DNA of 64,000 nucleotides from an uncultured Prevotella sp. (GCA_945830055.1 CALZXH010000002.1:17737-81736), one strand, 5' to 3'; numbered from the stretch's first letter, positions 30,089 to 39,310 are shown. Notes: a model not told the origin generated them from the letters alone. Made by a program: numbers and translations.

Positions 30089-30592
30089 ATGGACAATCAG
30101 AAAGAGTTGTTGCCTGTAGTGGACAGCAACGGAAACATATTGGGGTCAATGACCCGGAAAGAGGCGCACAGCGGAAGCAAGACGCTGCACCCCGTGGTAC
30201 ACCTGCATGTATTCAACGAAGAGGGACTACTCTATCTTCAGTTGCGCCCTGAATGGAAAGACGTACAGCCCGGCAAATGGGATACTGCCACGGGTGGTCA
30301 TATCGACCTGGGAGAAAGCGTGGAAGACGCGCTGCGAAGAGAGGTAAGGGAAGAAATCGGACTCACCCGCTTCGTGCCCACACTCATCGACACATACGTT
30401 TTTGAAAGCGACGTAGAGAAAGAGCTGGTTTTCGTATATAAGGCGGTATGCCAGGACACCCCTACCCCTAACGAGACCGAACTGGCAGGCGGGCGCTTCT
30501 GGAGTCTTCAGGAAATCAAGGACTCTTTGCATCAAAACATCTTCACACCCAACTTCATCCACGAGTTCAAGAAATATTTCCTTCAGTCATAA
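30089..30592 (+). CDS. NUDIX hydrolase (IDI-like)
   Basis: LHPVVHLHVFN, PGKWD, Nudix box GGHIDLGESVEDALRREVREEIG. Confidence 0.9.
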   Translation: MDNQKELLPVVDSNGNILGSMTRKEAHSGSKTLHPVVHLHVFNEEGLLYLQLRPEWKDVQPGKWDTATGGHIDLGESVEDALRREVREEIGLTRFVPTLIDTYVFESDVEKELVFVYKAVCQDTPTPNETELAGGRFWSLQEIKDSLHQNIFTPNFIHEFKKYFLQS

Positions 30593-30758
30593 CCATCTAC
30601 GGTTTTTGAGATTCGGGGAGGAAGCCCCTATTAAGCGCAGAATTTCCTTAATAGGAAACCTGCCGGAAGGAGAAATCCCACCAATAAAAGAAATTTGGAC
30701 AAGAATATTTTGTAAATTCAAAATAAAGTATTACCTTTGCAACCGCAAATCAAACAAT

Positions 30759-30829
30759 GGTACCTTGGCCGATCGGTTAGGTAACGGTCTGCAAAACCGT
30801 GTAGAGCAGTTCGACTCTGCTAGGTACCT
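30759..30829 (+). tRNA. tRNA-Cys (GCA)
   Basis: GGTACCT/AGGTACC acceptor stem, ACGGT-CTGCAAA-ACCGT anticodon arm, GTTCGAC T loop. Promoter TACCTTTG at 30732-30739. Confidence 0.95.
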
Positions 30830-30844
30830 CAGATAAAGCATCAG

Positions 30845-30880
30845 ACAGGAAGAGGGATAAACCTTCTTCCTGTTTCTTCT
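30845..30880 (+). terminator. Terminator after tRNA-Cys
   Basis: ACAGGAAGA ... TCTTCCTGT stem with a T-rich tail. Confidence 0.7.
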
Positions 30881-30943
30881 TATGCGAAATACAAAGGTGA
30901 GTTCAATTCTTTCCCATGTATGGAAATCCGCCTTGAAAAGACA

Positions 30944-30993
30944 AACAAAAAAATGTGTGCCAACACCTTAAAATGCAGATGTCGGCACACATT
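30944..30993 (-). terminator. Terminator after the OmpH gene
   Basis: AATGTGTGCC ... GGCACACATT stem with a T run on the minus strand. Confidence 0.7.
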
Positions 30994-31046
30994 CCGTTTA
31001 TAGGTCTGTCAAAGGGGGCACCTTATACAAAGGCTCCACTCCCCTG

Positions 31047-31664
31047 CTATTTCTTCTCTACGTCTTTCTTCAGGGTTGACTTGTATCTCTTGTTCAGACC
31101 GTTGATAACATCCTGGGTGATGTCGTACTTCTTGGCGGCATACAGGATATTGTCGCCTGCCTTGGAGAGAATCAGGTCATATTTCTTTGACTTGTTATAG
31201 ACCTTCAGGAAGTTCTGCAACGAGTCGCGCAGAGCCTCATTGAACTTTGCAGTCTCAGCATCCAGTTCAGAGCCCAGGCGGTTCTGCAATTCCTGCAAAT
31301 CCTGCTGCTGGCGCTGCAAAGCCATCTGCACCCTCTCAGCCTCCTCACGACTGGCAAACCCGTTGCTCTGCAACTTCTCCTGGAAGTTGGCGGCAGCCTT
31401 CTGCAACTGGCTGCCCTTCTGGTTCAGCGTGTTGCGTGCGTTGTTGCTCTTCTTTTGAAGAATAAGTGTATATTCCTTGCAAAAAATGTATTGCGACATG
31501 AGGGAATCCACCTCCACGTAAGCGATTTTCATTCCTGCCACCGTATTTGTCGCATTGCTTGCAGGCTCCTCATCCATCTTGGATTCTGCCTGATTACATG
31601 CACTCAACACAGCCAATGCCATGGACATCACAGAAAATGTACGAAATAATTTTTTAATTTCCAT
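31047..31664 (-). CDS. OmpH/Skp family chaperone (lipoprotein)
   Basis: Lipobox LSAC, KIAYVEVDSL, coiled coil, ILYA...DITQDVINGLN. Confidence 0.9.
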   Translation of the reverse strand: MEIKKLFRTFSVMSMALAVLSACNQAESKMDEEPASNATNTVAGMKIAYVEVDSLMSQYIFCKEYTLILQKKSNNARNTLNQKGSQLQKAAANFQEKLQSNGFASREEAERVQMALQRQQQDLQELQNRLGSELDAETAKFNEALRDSLQNFLKVYNKSKKYDLILSKAGDNILYAAKKYDITQDVINGLNKRYKSTLKKDVEKK

Positions 31665-31756
31665 TGTCAGTTATCAATATTAGAGTAAATAAATTCAAGA
31701 TTCATGTCTGCATCAGACCAAGAGCCGTCCCCCGGTTTTCATAGGAAGATACCGAC

Positions 31757-31960
31757 CTATTCCTTCACCTTACGCCTCTTCTCCGTACGGCTTTCCAAGT
31801 CCTGCACCATCACACAGTGGATACCTCTTTTCTTCAGCAACTTGTTGTCGTGGATATGCTGCGAGGAGAATGTGCCCTTCTTCACAAGCACTATCCTCAC
31901 GCACAACAGCAACAAACTTATTGCAATTATTAACGCAGTTATGGACAATATTTGCACCAT
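31757..31960 (-). CDS. Small membrane-anchored hypothetical protein
   Basis: N-terminal TM helix then KKGTFSSQHI...RGIHC. Promoter TAACTTTG at 31981-31988 on the minus strand. Confidence 0.7.
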   Translation of the reverse strand: MVQILSITALIIAISLLLLCVRIVLVKKGTFSSQHIHDNKLLKKRGIHCVMVQDLESRTEKRRKVKE

Positions 31961-32036
31961 ATTCATTATCTTTGCGGCTACAAAGTTAACGTAAATTCGC
32001 TAATAAAACCGATTTTTAATCATAATTTTTGCAACA

Positions 32037-33485
32037 ATGGATAAAATGGAACTGAAACCCGCAAGCGTTTTTAAGCATTTCGCAGAGATCAACAAGATCC
32101 CCCGCCCCTCCAAGCGGGAGGAAAAGATGATAGAATACCTCAGAAACTGGGGCACCAGCCATCACCTTGACACCAAGGTAGATGCTACCGGCAACGTCAT
32201 CATCCGCAAGCCTGCCACCAAGGGTCTGGAGAACAAGCCTACCGTGATACTGCAGAGCCATTTCGACATGGTATGCGACAAACTGGTGGATGTAGAGTTT
32301 GACTTCGACAAGGATGCCATACAGACCTACATCGACGGTGAATGGCTGAAGGCAAAAGGCACTACCTTAGGAGCCGACGACGGTATCGGAGTGGCTATCG
32401 AGCTGGCCATCCTGGAGGCAGACGACATAGAACACGGTCCGCTGGAGTGCGTGTTTACGAGAGACGAAGAGACCCAACTGACAGGAGCATCCGGCATGGA
32501 AGCCGACTTCATGACGGGCGACTATCTCATCAATCTGGACAGCGAAGACGAGGGACAGGTATTTGTATCGTGCGCAGGCGGAAAGACCACCACAGCCACC
32601 TTCCAATTCACTAAGGAAGAGGCTCCCGCTGGTTCCTTCTTCCTCCAGTGTTCCATCAAGGGACTTACGGGCGGACATTCCGGCGACGACATAGAGAAGA
32701 AAAGGGCCAATGCCATCAAGATTCTTTCCCGCTTCCTTTATAAGGAGATGCAGAAGTTCGACATCCGCCTTGCCGCCTTCAATTCCGGCAGGATGCACAA
32801 CGCCATTCCCCGTGACGGCTCTTTCGTCATTGCCGTGCACAATGAGCAGAAGGAACAGGTACGGGTAGATTGGAACGTGTTTGCCGCTGAGGTAGAAAAC
32901 GAGTTCCACGTTACCGACACCCACATGGTATGGAACATGACCAGTTGCGATGCCCAGCCTGTACTGCCCCAGCAGGTGGCTGCCAACGTAATACGCGCCC
33001 TTCAGGCACTAGATAACGGAGTGTTCGCCATCTGTCAGGACGAGATGTTGGGCGGCATGGTAGAGACATCGAGCAATGTGGCAAGCGTGGTAACTACCGA
33101 CGACACACTCACCATAGTAGCCTCCCAGCGAAGCAACATCATGAGCAATCTCGACAACCAGTGCAACACCATCAAGGCAGCCTTCGAACTTGCCGGAGCC
33201 AGCATAACCCAAAACGATGGTTATCCCGCATGGAATATGAAGGTAGAGAGCCATCTCCGCGACATTGTGGCAGGTACCTACAAGACACTCTTTGGCGAGG
33301 AGCCAATCGTCAGGGGCATCCATGCCGGTCTGGAGTGCGGACTCTTCTCAGAGCGCTATCCCAACCTTGACATGGTTTCCTTCGGTCCCACCCTGCGCTT
33401 TGTCCACACTCCCGACGAGCGTCTTCACATCCCCAGCGTAGAGAAAGTGTGGAACCACCTACTGGCGATACTGAAAGAAATCTAA
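32037..33485 (+). CDS. pepD: Aminoacyl-histidine dipeptidase (M20C)
   Basis: IPRPSK, LQSHFDMV, TTLGADDGIG, DEE, INLDSED, IHAGLECG, HTPDE. Confidence 0.95.
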   Translation: MDKMELKPASVFKHFAEINKIPRPSKREEKMIEYLRNWGTSHHLDTKVDATGNVIIRKPATKGLENKPTVILQSHFDMVCDKLVDVEFDFDKDAIQTYIDGEWLKAKGTTLGADDGIGVAIELAILEADDIEHGPLECVFTRDEETQLTGASGMEADFMTGDYLINLDSEDEGQVFVSCAGGKTTTATFQFTKEEAPAGSFFLQCSIKGLTGGHSGDDIEKKRANAIKILSRFLYKEMQKFDIRLAAFNSGRMHNAIPRDGSFVIAVHNEQKEQVRVDWNVFAAEVENEFHVTDTHMVWNMTSCDAQPVLPQQVAANVIRALQALDNGVFAICQDEMLGGMVETSSNVASVVTTDDTLTIVASQRSNIMSNLDNQCNTIKAAFELAGASITQNDGYPAWNMKVESHLRDIVAGTYKTLFGEEPIVRGIHAGLECGLFSERYPNLDMVSFGPTLRFVHTPDERLHIPSVEKVWNHLLAILKEI

Positions 33486-33518
33486 GTTCTCCCCTTCGCC
33501 AGCAATAGGCACAGGCAC

Positions 33519-33567
33519 AGCAACAAATAGCGACAGGTACACGGCCCGGCAAAACGAGTCCACGTAC
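33519..33567 (+). repeat. 49-bp dispersed repeat, copy A (hairpin closed by GACAGGTAC/GTACCTGTC)
   Basis: Ungapped 40/49 identity, by manual alignment, with 34466-34514 in the same orientation. Confidence 0.75.
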
Positions 33568-33601
33568 CTGTCTTGTTAATCCGCAGTTGCTTCCTGTTCC
33601 C

Positions 33602-33802
33602 TTATATGCAGATGGTTATCTTTGCGTGCTCTGCCTTGGGTTGGCTGAGGAACGGATACATATATGCGCTCAACCTGTAATAACCGATGTTGCGAATATA
33701 GTGGGCAACTCTCTGAGGACTTTCTATTGCGAGTCCTCTATCATGCAGCAGTTCTACCATGTCTTCTAGCTGCATAAAAGACTTATTGAAAGAAAATTTC
33801 AT
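33602..33802 (-). pseudogene. Truncated Abi family (AbiD/AbiF, Abi_2) protein; only the N-terminal ~59 aa remain
   Basis: LLHDRGLAI...YIRNIGYYRLSAYMYPF is the characteristic Abi_2 N-terminus. Similarity ends at PKAEH, followed by an unrelated tail and a stop. Confidence 0.85.
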
Positions 33803-33810
33803 ATTGGCAT

Positions 33811-33868
33811 AAAAATAAAACGACCCGCCGATTTAAGCTTCAACGAGAGACTTGGCGGGTTCTTGTGC
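33811..33868 (-). ncRNA. Putative abiF-type RNA (antitoxin/leader hairpin)
   Basis: ACCCGCC/GGCGGGT stem enclosing a 24-nt loop, then TTTTATTTTT. Lies between a promoter (TAGCCTTG at 33871-33878, CTTG 20 nt upstream) and the abi start codon. Confidence 0.65.
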
Positions 33869-33933
33869 TGCAAGGCTACGACAATAATTTGAGTTGTGCA
33901 AGGGTTTCGGGAAGGATTTTTCGGCAAGGATTA

Positions 33934-34118
33934 TTTTTAGGCGCGGATTACACGGAAGACACGGAGTGTTAATCCGCATTATCCGAACATAATAGCCGTG
34001 TGCGAAACTTCTTTCGCCTCTCCAGCCCCCCACTGTCCCCTCGAGGGGGGATGACCAAAAAAATCCGTGTCTTCCGTGTCCTTCCGTGCCAAAAACAACT
34101 CCGTGTTTTCCGTGCAAA
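33934..34118. repeat. REP/REPIN-like element: inverted CACGGA-repeat arms with a nested GC hairpin
   Basis: Left arm TTTTTAGGCGCGGATTACACGGAAGACACGGA (33934-33965). Right arm TCCGTGTCTTCCGTGTCCTTCCGTGCCAAAAA (34064-34095). Extra partial arm at 34100-34118. Internal CCCCTCGAGGGG. Confidence 0.8.
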
Positions 34119-34260
34119 GGAATGACGAAATGGCGGCGGAAGATAGCATATCCACGTAAAAGTGGACTTGCCCATCATTTAGATTGTTCTTAAGGCTCGA
34201 CTATCTATTGTAATCAGGTTATTCAGCCCTTTCTTGTTCCATTATCTTCTCGTTCCGTTC

Positions 34261-34326
34261 ATCGACCGGACGATGTCAGCCAATCGACCGACCTCGGTCA
34301 ATCAATTGACCGACCTCCGTCAATCA
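34261..34326 (+). repeat. Three degenerate 22-bp tandem repeats
   Basis: ATCGACCGGACGATGTCAGCCA / ATCGACCGACCTCGGTCAATCA / ATTGACCGACCTCCGTCAATCA. Confidence 0.8.
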
Positions 34327-34465
34327 CTTGATTGAACAATGTGCGGTCGATATTAGAACCGATACTGAGATACAACAAGAAAGACCTTTTACCACATATT
34401 ATGTCGGCTTGTGAGGTTATCAGTCAACACAAACTCTTTATAAAAGGAATATCTCTAATAGGTAT

Positions 34466-34514
34466 AGCAACAAATAGCAACAGGTACTTGGCACGGCAAA
34501 TCAAGGCAAAGTAC
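34466..34514 (+). repeat. 49-bp dispersed repeat, copy B
   Basis: Matches 33519-33567 at 40/49; GTACTT...AAGTAC stem. Confidence 0.75.
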
Positions 34515-34536
34515 TGAAAGGAAAACATTCGGTGAT

Positions 34537-34603
34537 TTGTTACAATGTTTCATACTATTGTTACATGATTGAAAGCTCCTGTGGGCTATTCCCACTACCT
34601 TTG
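34537..34603 (+). promoter_or_regulatory. AraC/HTCS-type operator plus sigma-A promoter of the GH43 gene
   Basis: TTGTTACA direct repeats at 34537 and 34558 (21-bp period) just upstream of the -33 region. -7 element TACCTTTG at 34596-34603. Confidence 0.7.
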
Positions 34604-34631
34604 CGACAAAAAACAAACTCACTGTAATCTT

Positions 34632-37184
34632 ATGAAGAAAAATCTGTTTACCCTAATCATTGCTTTGATGACCATCGCCTTTGCCAAGGCCGAATCCACC
34701 TATGCAAACGTAATCAACAACGACACTTTTTGGAAGACCACCTCTGGAGATTATATCTTTAGTCAGGGCGGCGGAATCTTCCGTTTTCCAGATGAGAAAG
34801 GAGTAGAGCACTACTATTGGTACGGAGTGAAATACCAGGAAGCCGTCGATTACTGTCCGAAGGCATTGGCAGGAAGCAAGAGCAACATCACGAATTTTCT
34901 GTCGGTAACGTGCTACCGTAGCGACGACCTCGTCAACTGGACTTTTGTGAAGGATGTACTCACATCATCCTCCGCAGGATGGGCATACTGGGTAGGACGC
35001 CTGGGAGTAGCCTACATACCCGAGGCAAAGAAATACGCCCTGCTGACACAGTTCAACGACAATGTGCTTGTTGCCACCTGCGACACTCCTACGGGCAATT
35101 TCCAACGTCACAACCAGATAGACATGACCGATCTAATAGGTACGCCCAACACTGGCGACCAGACCGTCTTCACCGATTACGACACAGGGAAATCCTATCT
35201 ATGCTACAGTTATGGAAAAGGACGCAGCAAAATATACCTATCCGAAATCGGTGTCTGTGACGATGGGAAAATAGGTCTGAAAGACTGTCACCAAATATAT
35301 AAAGGTTCTGGGCGCGAAGGCGACTGTATGTTCAAGTATAAAGGCAAATACTATGTTTGCGCTTCTGACCTCTACGGATGGAACGCCTCCAACGTATATT
35401 ATCTGGAGGCATCAGATATCTACGGTCCCTATACGCCGACCAACAGTATGCAGGTAATGCCAGGTTCTGCCGATGACTATGGACACGTGACCCAAACGGG
35501 ATTCTTCTACACCGTGCAAGGCACAAAACAGGAGACAGTCATCTATTGCGGTGACCGCTGGGCTGGTTTTGCCGGTAACGGCAACGGCTTCAACCAGTGG
35601 TGCCCCATCACGTTTGTTGACGAAAAGCCTTATTTCAACTCACTAAGCCAGTGGCATCTTGATGCCGAGACCGGTGAGTGGTTTGTAGGCAAGGACAATA
35701 ACTATGTGAAAAACTTCAGCTTCGATGCCGACCGTGTAAATATCCCCAGCGCAAACAAGCCATCCCAAGCCTATCTGCGGGGATGGACAACCGTGGTCAA
35801 CAAGGGCAACAAGGTGGTTATCAGCGATACCAACTCGCCTGTGCTTAACGGTAAGAATTCTTCCACCGACCGTGCTGTTGTCATGGGCAATTACAACCTC
35901 AACATCTCCGACAAGGTTGATTTCCAGCGTAAAGTCTTTCAGAAGATATCTTCTACCGCCCATGTACCACTACCCGACGGAAACTACACGATGAGCGCAT
36001 ACGCCAAGATTGGCAGCTCTTTCAACGAGCTCTATATGTACGCGACAAGCGGCGGTAAAACCTTCAAAACAGATATCAACGTTATTGACGGACAATGGCA
36101 TCTTTATACCATCAGCGATGTAGTGGTGCAAGGCGGCAACATTGTGGTGGGATTTTATGCCGACGGTCAGGCTGATGTATGGTGCAACATTGATGATGTG
36201 TCATTGATAATGAACAAAGCCATTGATGATGATACAGAAGACCGTCCTGTTGCGCTGACGAGTTGTCCAGAGTCAGAAGATGTATCTTATATGGACGGCA
36301 CCATGACATTCTACTTCAACCAGAACATCAAGTACTTAGGGGGTGCTGCCATCAATGGGAAAAAGTACGAGCGTATCACCAATGTCACCACTGCCGGTTC
36401 AGCACTCTCTGTAACCTATGAAGGTCTTGACATCAATACAGACTACACTATTTCATTCCCCAAAGGGGCGGTCACCAGCATGGACGGCAGCAAAGCATTA
36501 GAAGAGGATGTAGCGTTCAACTTCTCTACCTGCGATTACGGACTGCTTGATAATATCAAGGAGACCCATAAGGGCAGGGCTGCTCCTTTGCCTATCAATT
36601 TCAAGCCATTCGACGTCATCGGTCTCCTCGAACGAGAAAACGGCACTACTCAGGAGGGCAGCAATGAACATCCCCATTGGGTGCAGGTATCGGGTGACAA
36701 GACAGCCGACGAAGCGGTATTCACAAAGACTTCAGACAAGATAATGACCTTCTACGACACGGCTTCGCCAGCCTTGCGTGTAAAAGCCGATTACAGCGGC
36801 AGCGGCTATGTGGAGTTCAAGATTCAAGAGACCCGCAATGCCGATGTCACTCCCGGTTGGCGTACCGCTCGTGTGCTGCGCGCAGAAGATTTCCCTTTTG
36901 ACGGCATTGTCAACCTCAACAGCGAGTCACGTTTCATCAAGCTCTCTGCACCAGTTCTTTCTGGGAGCGTGACGGTTACAGAATTCCGTGTGGCCGACGG
37001 CAACGGTATGGGATTGGACGACAGTACCGGTTTCTCCACGACCGAGGTGTCACAAGACGGCATTGTCAGCATCAAGTATTTCACGCTCTCCGGCAAACGC
37101 ATGGCTACTCCCCAAAAAGGTGTCTCTCTGATGCGCATAGAAAAAGGCGATGGAACTATCATCAACAAGAAAATCATTCTATAA
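34632..37184 (+). CDS. Secreted multimodular GH43 glycoside hydrolase (GH43_24 beta-1,3-galactanase-like) with CBM/Ig-like modules and a T9SS-type C-terminal domain
   Basis: Signal peptide, SQGGG, YYWYG, YRSDDLVNW, GDQTVFTD, REGDCMFKYKGKYY, IYCGDRW. C-terminus YFTLSGKRMATPQKGV...KKIIL. Confidence 0.85.
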   Translation: MKKNLFTLIIALMTIAFAKAESTYANVINNDTFWKTTSGDYIFSQGGGIFRFPDEKGVEHYYWYGVKYQEAVDYCPKALAGSKSNITNFLSVTCYRSDDLVNWTFVKDVLTSSSAGWAYWVGRLGVAYIPEAKKYALLTQFNDNVLVATCDTPTGNFQRHNQIDMTDLIGTPNTGDQTVFTDYDTGKSYLCYSYGKGRSKIYLSEIGVCDDGKIGLKDCHQIYKGSGREGDCMFKYKGKYYVCASDLYGWNASNVYYLEASDIYGPYTPTNSMQVMPGSADDYGHVTQTGFFYTVQGTKQETVIYCGDRWAGFAGNGNGFNQWCPITFVDEKPYFNSLSQWHLDAETGEWFVGKDNNYVKNFSFDADRVNIPSANKPSQAYLRGWTTVVNKGNKVVISDTNSPVLNGKNSSTDRAVVMGNYNLNISDKVDFQRKVFQKISSTAHVPLPDGNYTMSAYAKIGSSFNELYMYATSGGKTFKTDINVIDGQWHLYTISDVVVQGGNIVVGFYADGQADVWCNIDDVSLIMNKAIDDDTEDRPVALTSCPESEDVSYMDGTMTFYFNQNIKYLGGAAINGKKYERITNVTTAGSALSVTYEGLDINTDYTISFPKGAVTSMDGSKALEEDVAFNFSTCDYGLLDNIKETHKGRAAPLPINFKPFDVIGLLERENGTTQEGSNEHPHWVQVSGDKTADEAVFTKTSDKIMTFYDTASPALRVKADYSGSGYVEFKIQETRNADVTPGWRTARVLRAEDFPFDGIVNLNSESRFIKLSAPVLSGSVTVTEFRVADGNGMGLDDSTGFSTTEVSQDGIVSIKYFTLSGKRMATPQKGVSLMRIEKGDGTIINKKIIL

Positions 37185-37194
37185 CGACCGACCT

Positions 37195-37329
37195 ATGAAA
37201 AGAACCTTTCTTCTGCTGACACTCCTCGCCAATGGTTTACTCACCATCATGTCGCAACCTATAAAGACAAGACTGGTTGACGAAGGAGGTAGCGGACAGA
37301 TAAAGGAGTTTCTTTGGGAGTCGAAATGA
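37195..37329 (+). pseudogene. Probable 5' remnant of a secreted protein gene (44 aa)
   Basis: ATG 10 nt after the GH43 stop; signal-peptide-like MKRTFLLLTLLANGLLTIMSQ, then VDEGGSG and an early stop. Confidence 0.45.
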
Positions 37330-37371
37330 AATATACGTCGCAAATAACCAGATTCACTGTATGGTGACAGG

Positions 37372-39105
37372 CTAAGAGAACTGTGTGGGGGGCACGCCAA
37401 ACATCTTGCGGAAACAGCGGCTGAAATAGCTGACAGACGAGAAACCGGTAGCATAGCTTATCTCAGTGATGTTGAGTTGTCCCTCACGCAGTAACTCGGC
37501 AGCGCGACGCAACCGGATAGTGCGCACAAATTCTGTTGGTGATTGGCCTGTCAGCGTCTGTATCCTGCGATAGAAGGTCATGCGGCTCATGCACATATCC
37601 GCACTCAACTGTTCTACGGTGTAGCCTTCTTCACTAAGGTGGGACTCTATTTGAGCAATGGCTTTCTTCAACCACTCGTCATCGACTGTTTTAACGGGTA
37701 TGTTGCCTGTGGTGGAATCAGGTGTACTATCTTCACCGGATGCTATCATTTCCTTTATCTGTACCAGAAACCTCCTGCGTTGCCGCCTCAATATCACATT
37801 ATAGGCAAGGAGCAGGAACACGCCGGCGATGACAAGCACATAGACGCAACACATCCACCAGCTCTTCAGCCACCGCGGCACTCGCTCTACCACTATCTCG
37901 CGGTTGGGCTGACTCCAACGCCTGTTGGGATTTGTCTCCTGCAATTCTATAACATATACGCTGTTAGCCTCTCTGCTTTGTTGACGCAATGTCTGACGCT
38001 TTATGTCGTAAAGGCGTATATAGCGGTCGCTCACCAAAACAAGTCGTCCCATGCTATCCACCGACATGGCCATGACACCGTCACCATACTCATTCGAGCC
38101 ATATTCGTCAGCCACAACCTTGCCTTTGACATATCTGCTGAGCTGTCCATAGACAGTGGCCAGCCATAGGGTACCATCGGGAGTGAAATCCATTGCCGAA
38201 ACGTCCTTTGTCTGGCTGATGATCGTCTCCTTGCCGTTTAGCCCCATGCAGCGTATGTCCTTTCCTGTACTGAACCAGCAGTCACCCTGTTTACTGATTG
38301 CCAGTGCTGTCGGGCGGGCGGAAAGCTTCCACTTTACGCGAATGGAATCTGCCTGATACCGTGTGAGGATAGTTCCTTTAAACCAACTTTCTGATTCGTC
38401 ACTACTCAAGGCATAGCATTCTCCCAAACCATCGGCAACCAATTGACGGCCTTGGCGATCAGTCGAGATGCGGCTGAAACTAATGTTGTCAGACCACGCT
38501 TTCGAAATCTGAACGAAGCGCCCGTTGTCAAGACGCAGCATACCGCCCTCCCATTCCTGACACCACAGTCTTCCTTCCTTATCCTGATGCAACCGGAAGA
38601 TGTATTTGTCACCGGCATCATACGTCTTCAGCCATTTCCCATCTGCAGAGTATTCATACACTTTCTTATTTGAGGTCAGCCACCAATGTCCGTTGACAGT
38701 CACGATAATATCATCCACACGCTTATCATCCACTTCCTTCAGACGGCTTATAGAATAGTCGCGTTTATCGAGCACATTAGCTCCGTGGGACGTACCAATA
38801 ACAATCTTCCCCTCTGCCTCTGCCAAGCAAATCACGTTGTTGCTGCCCAGCAAGTCAGGGCATTCTGCATTAGAACGGAAAACCTCCACCTGCCTTCCGT
38901 CATCACGGCATATCCCGCCTCCGTCTGTGGCATACCATAGGAATCCCTCTTCATCCTGCATCACATGCAGCACTTTGTTTGATGACAACTGCTCTCTGTT
39001 GGGCAATGTAATCCTACGGCTGTCCGGTACCGCCCCTTTTATTGCTGGGAGTACAGCAAGCAGCATGACGGTTATCAGAAGATATTTCAAAGATTTGTTC
39101 CTCAT
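37372..39105 (-). CDS. Membrane-spanning AraC-family regulator with periplasmic propeller sensor, no kinase or receiver
   Basis: Signal peptide, LSSNKVLHVMQDEEGFLWYATDGGG propeller, PRWLKSWW followed by a TM helix, AraC HTH MSRMTFYRRI...GFSSVSYFSRCFRKMFG. Confidence 0.9.
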   Translation of the reverse strand: MRNKSLKYLLITVMLLAVLPAIKGAVPDSRRITLPNREQLSSNKVLHVMQDEEGFLWYATDGGGICRDDGRQVEVFRSNAECPDLLGSNNVICLAEAEGKIVIGTSHGANVLDKRDYSISRLKEVDDKRVDDIIVTVNGHWWLTSNKKVYEYSADGKWLKTYDAGDKYIFRLHQDKEGRLWCQEWEGGMLRLDNGRFVQISKAWSDNISFSRISTDRQGRQLVADGLGECYALSSDESESWFKGTILTRYQADSIRVKWKLSARPTALAISKQGDCWFSTGKDIRCMGLNGKETIISQTKDVSAMDFTPDGTLWLATVYGQLSRYVKGKVVADEYGSNEYGDGVMAMSVDSMGRLVLVSDRYIRLYDIKRQTLRQQSREANSVYVIELQETNPNRRWSQPNREIVVERVPRWLKSWWMCCVYVLVIAGVFLLLAYNVILRRQRRRFLVQIKEMIASGEDSTPDSTTGNIPVKTVDDEWLKKAIAQIESHLSEEGYTVEQLSADMCMSRMTFYRRIQTLTGQSPTEFVRTIRLRRAAELLREGQLNITEISYATGFSSVSYFSRCFRKMFGVPPTQFS

Positions 39106-39310
39106 GAAGCAAGTAAAGATTATACGATATAATAATAACGGAGCAAGTGAGTAAATCTTGTATCTGAGGCTTAGTCAATTTAGATAACGCTTACAACCGA
39201 TGTGGGTTCATTTGGGTGATTACAGAATAGTAATGTGTTATGTGTTGTGTTATTTTTGTTGTTTCCACTGCACACACCAAATAATCATCTGCAATCTGCA
39301 GGAGATAATA

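Noticed and set aside
27550-30829. tRNA-Pro/tRNA-Cys as integration sites of an island
   Set aside because: No duplicated tRNA 3' end or integrase was seen, and the enclosed genes are core.
33833-34178. 94-aa and 69-aa minus-strand ORFs
   Set aside because: They translate through REP-like repeats (HGKHG/HGRHG are repeat artefacts).
34261-34326. Mini CRISPR array near the abiF remnant
   Set aside because: The units are contiguous with no unique spacers, and there are no cas genes.
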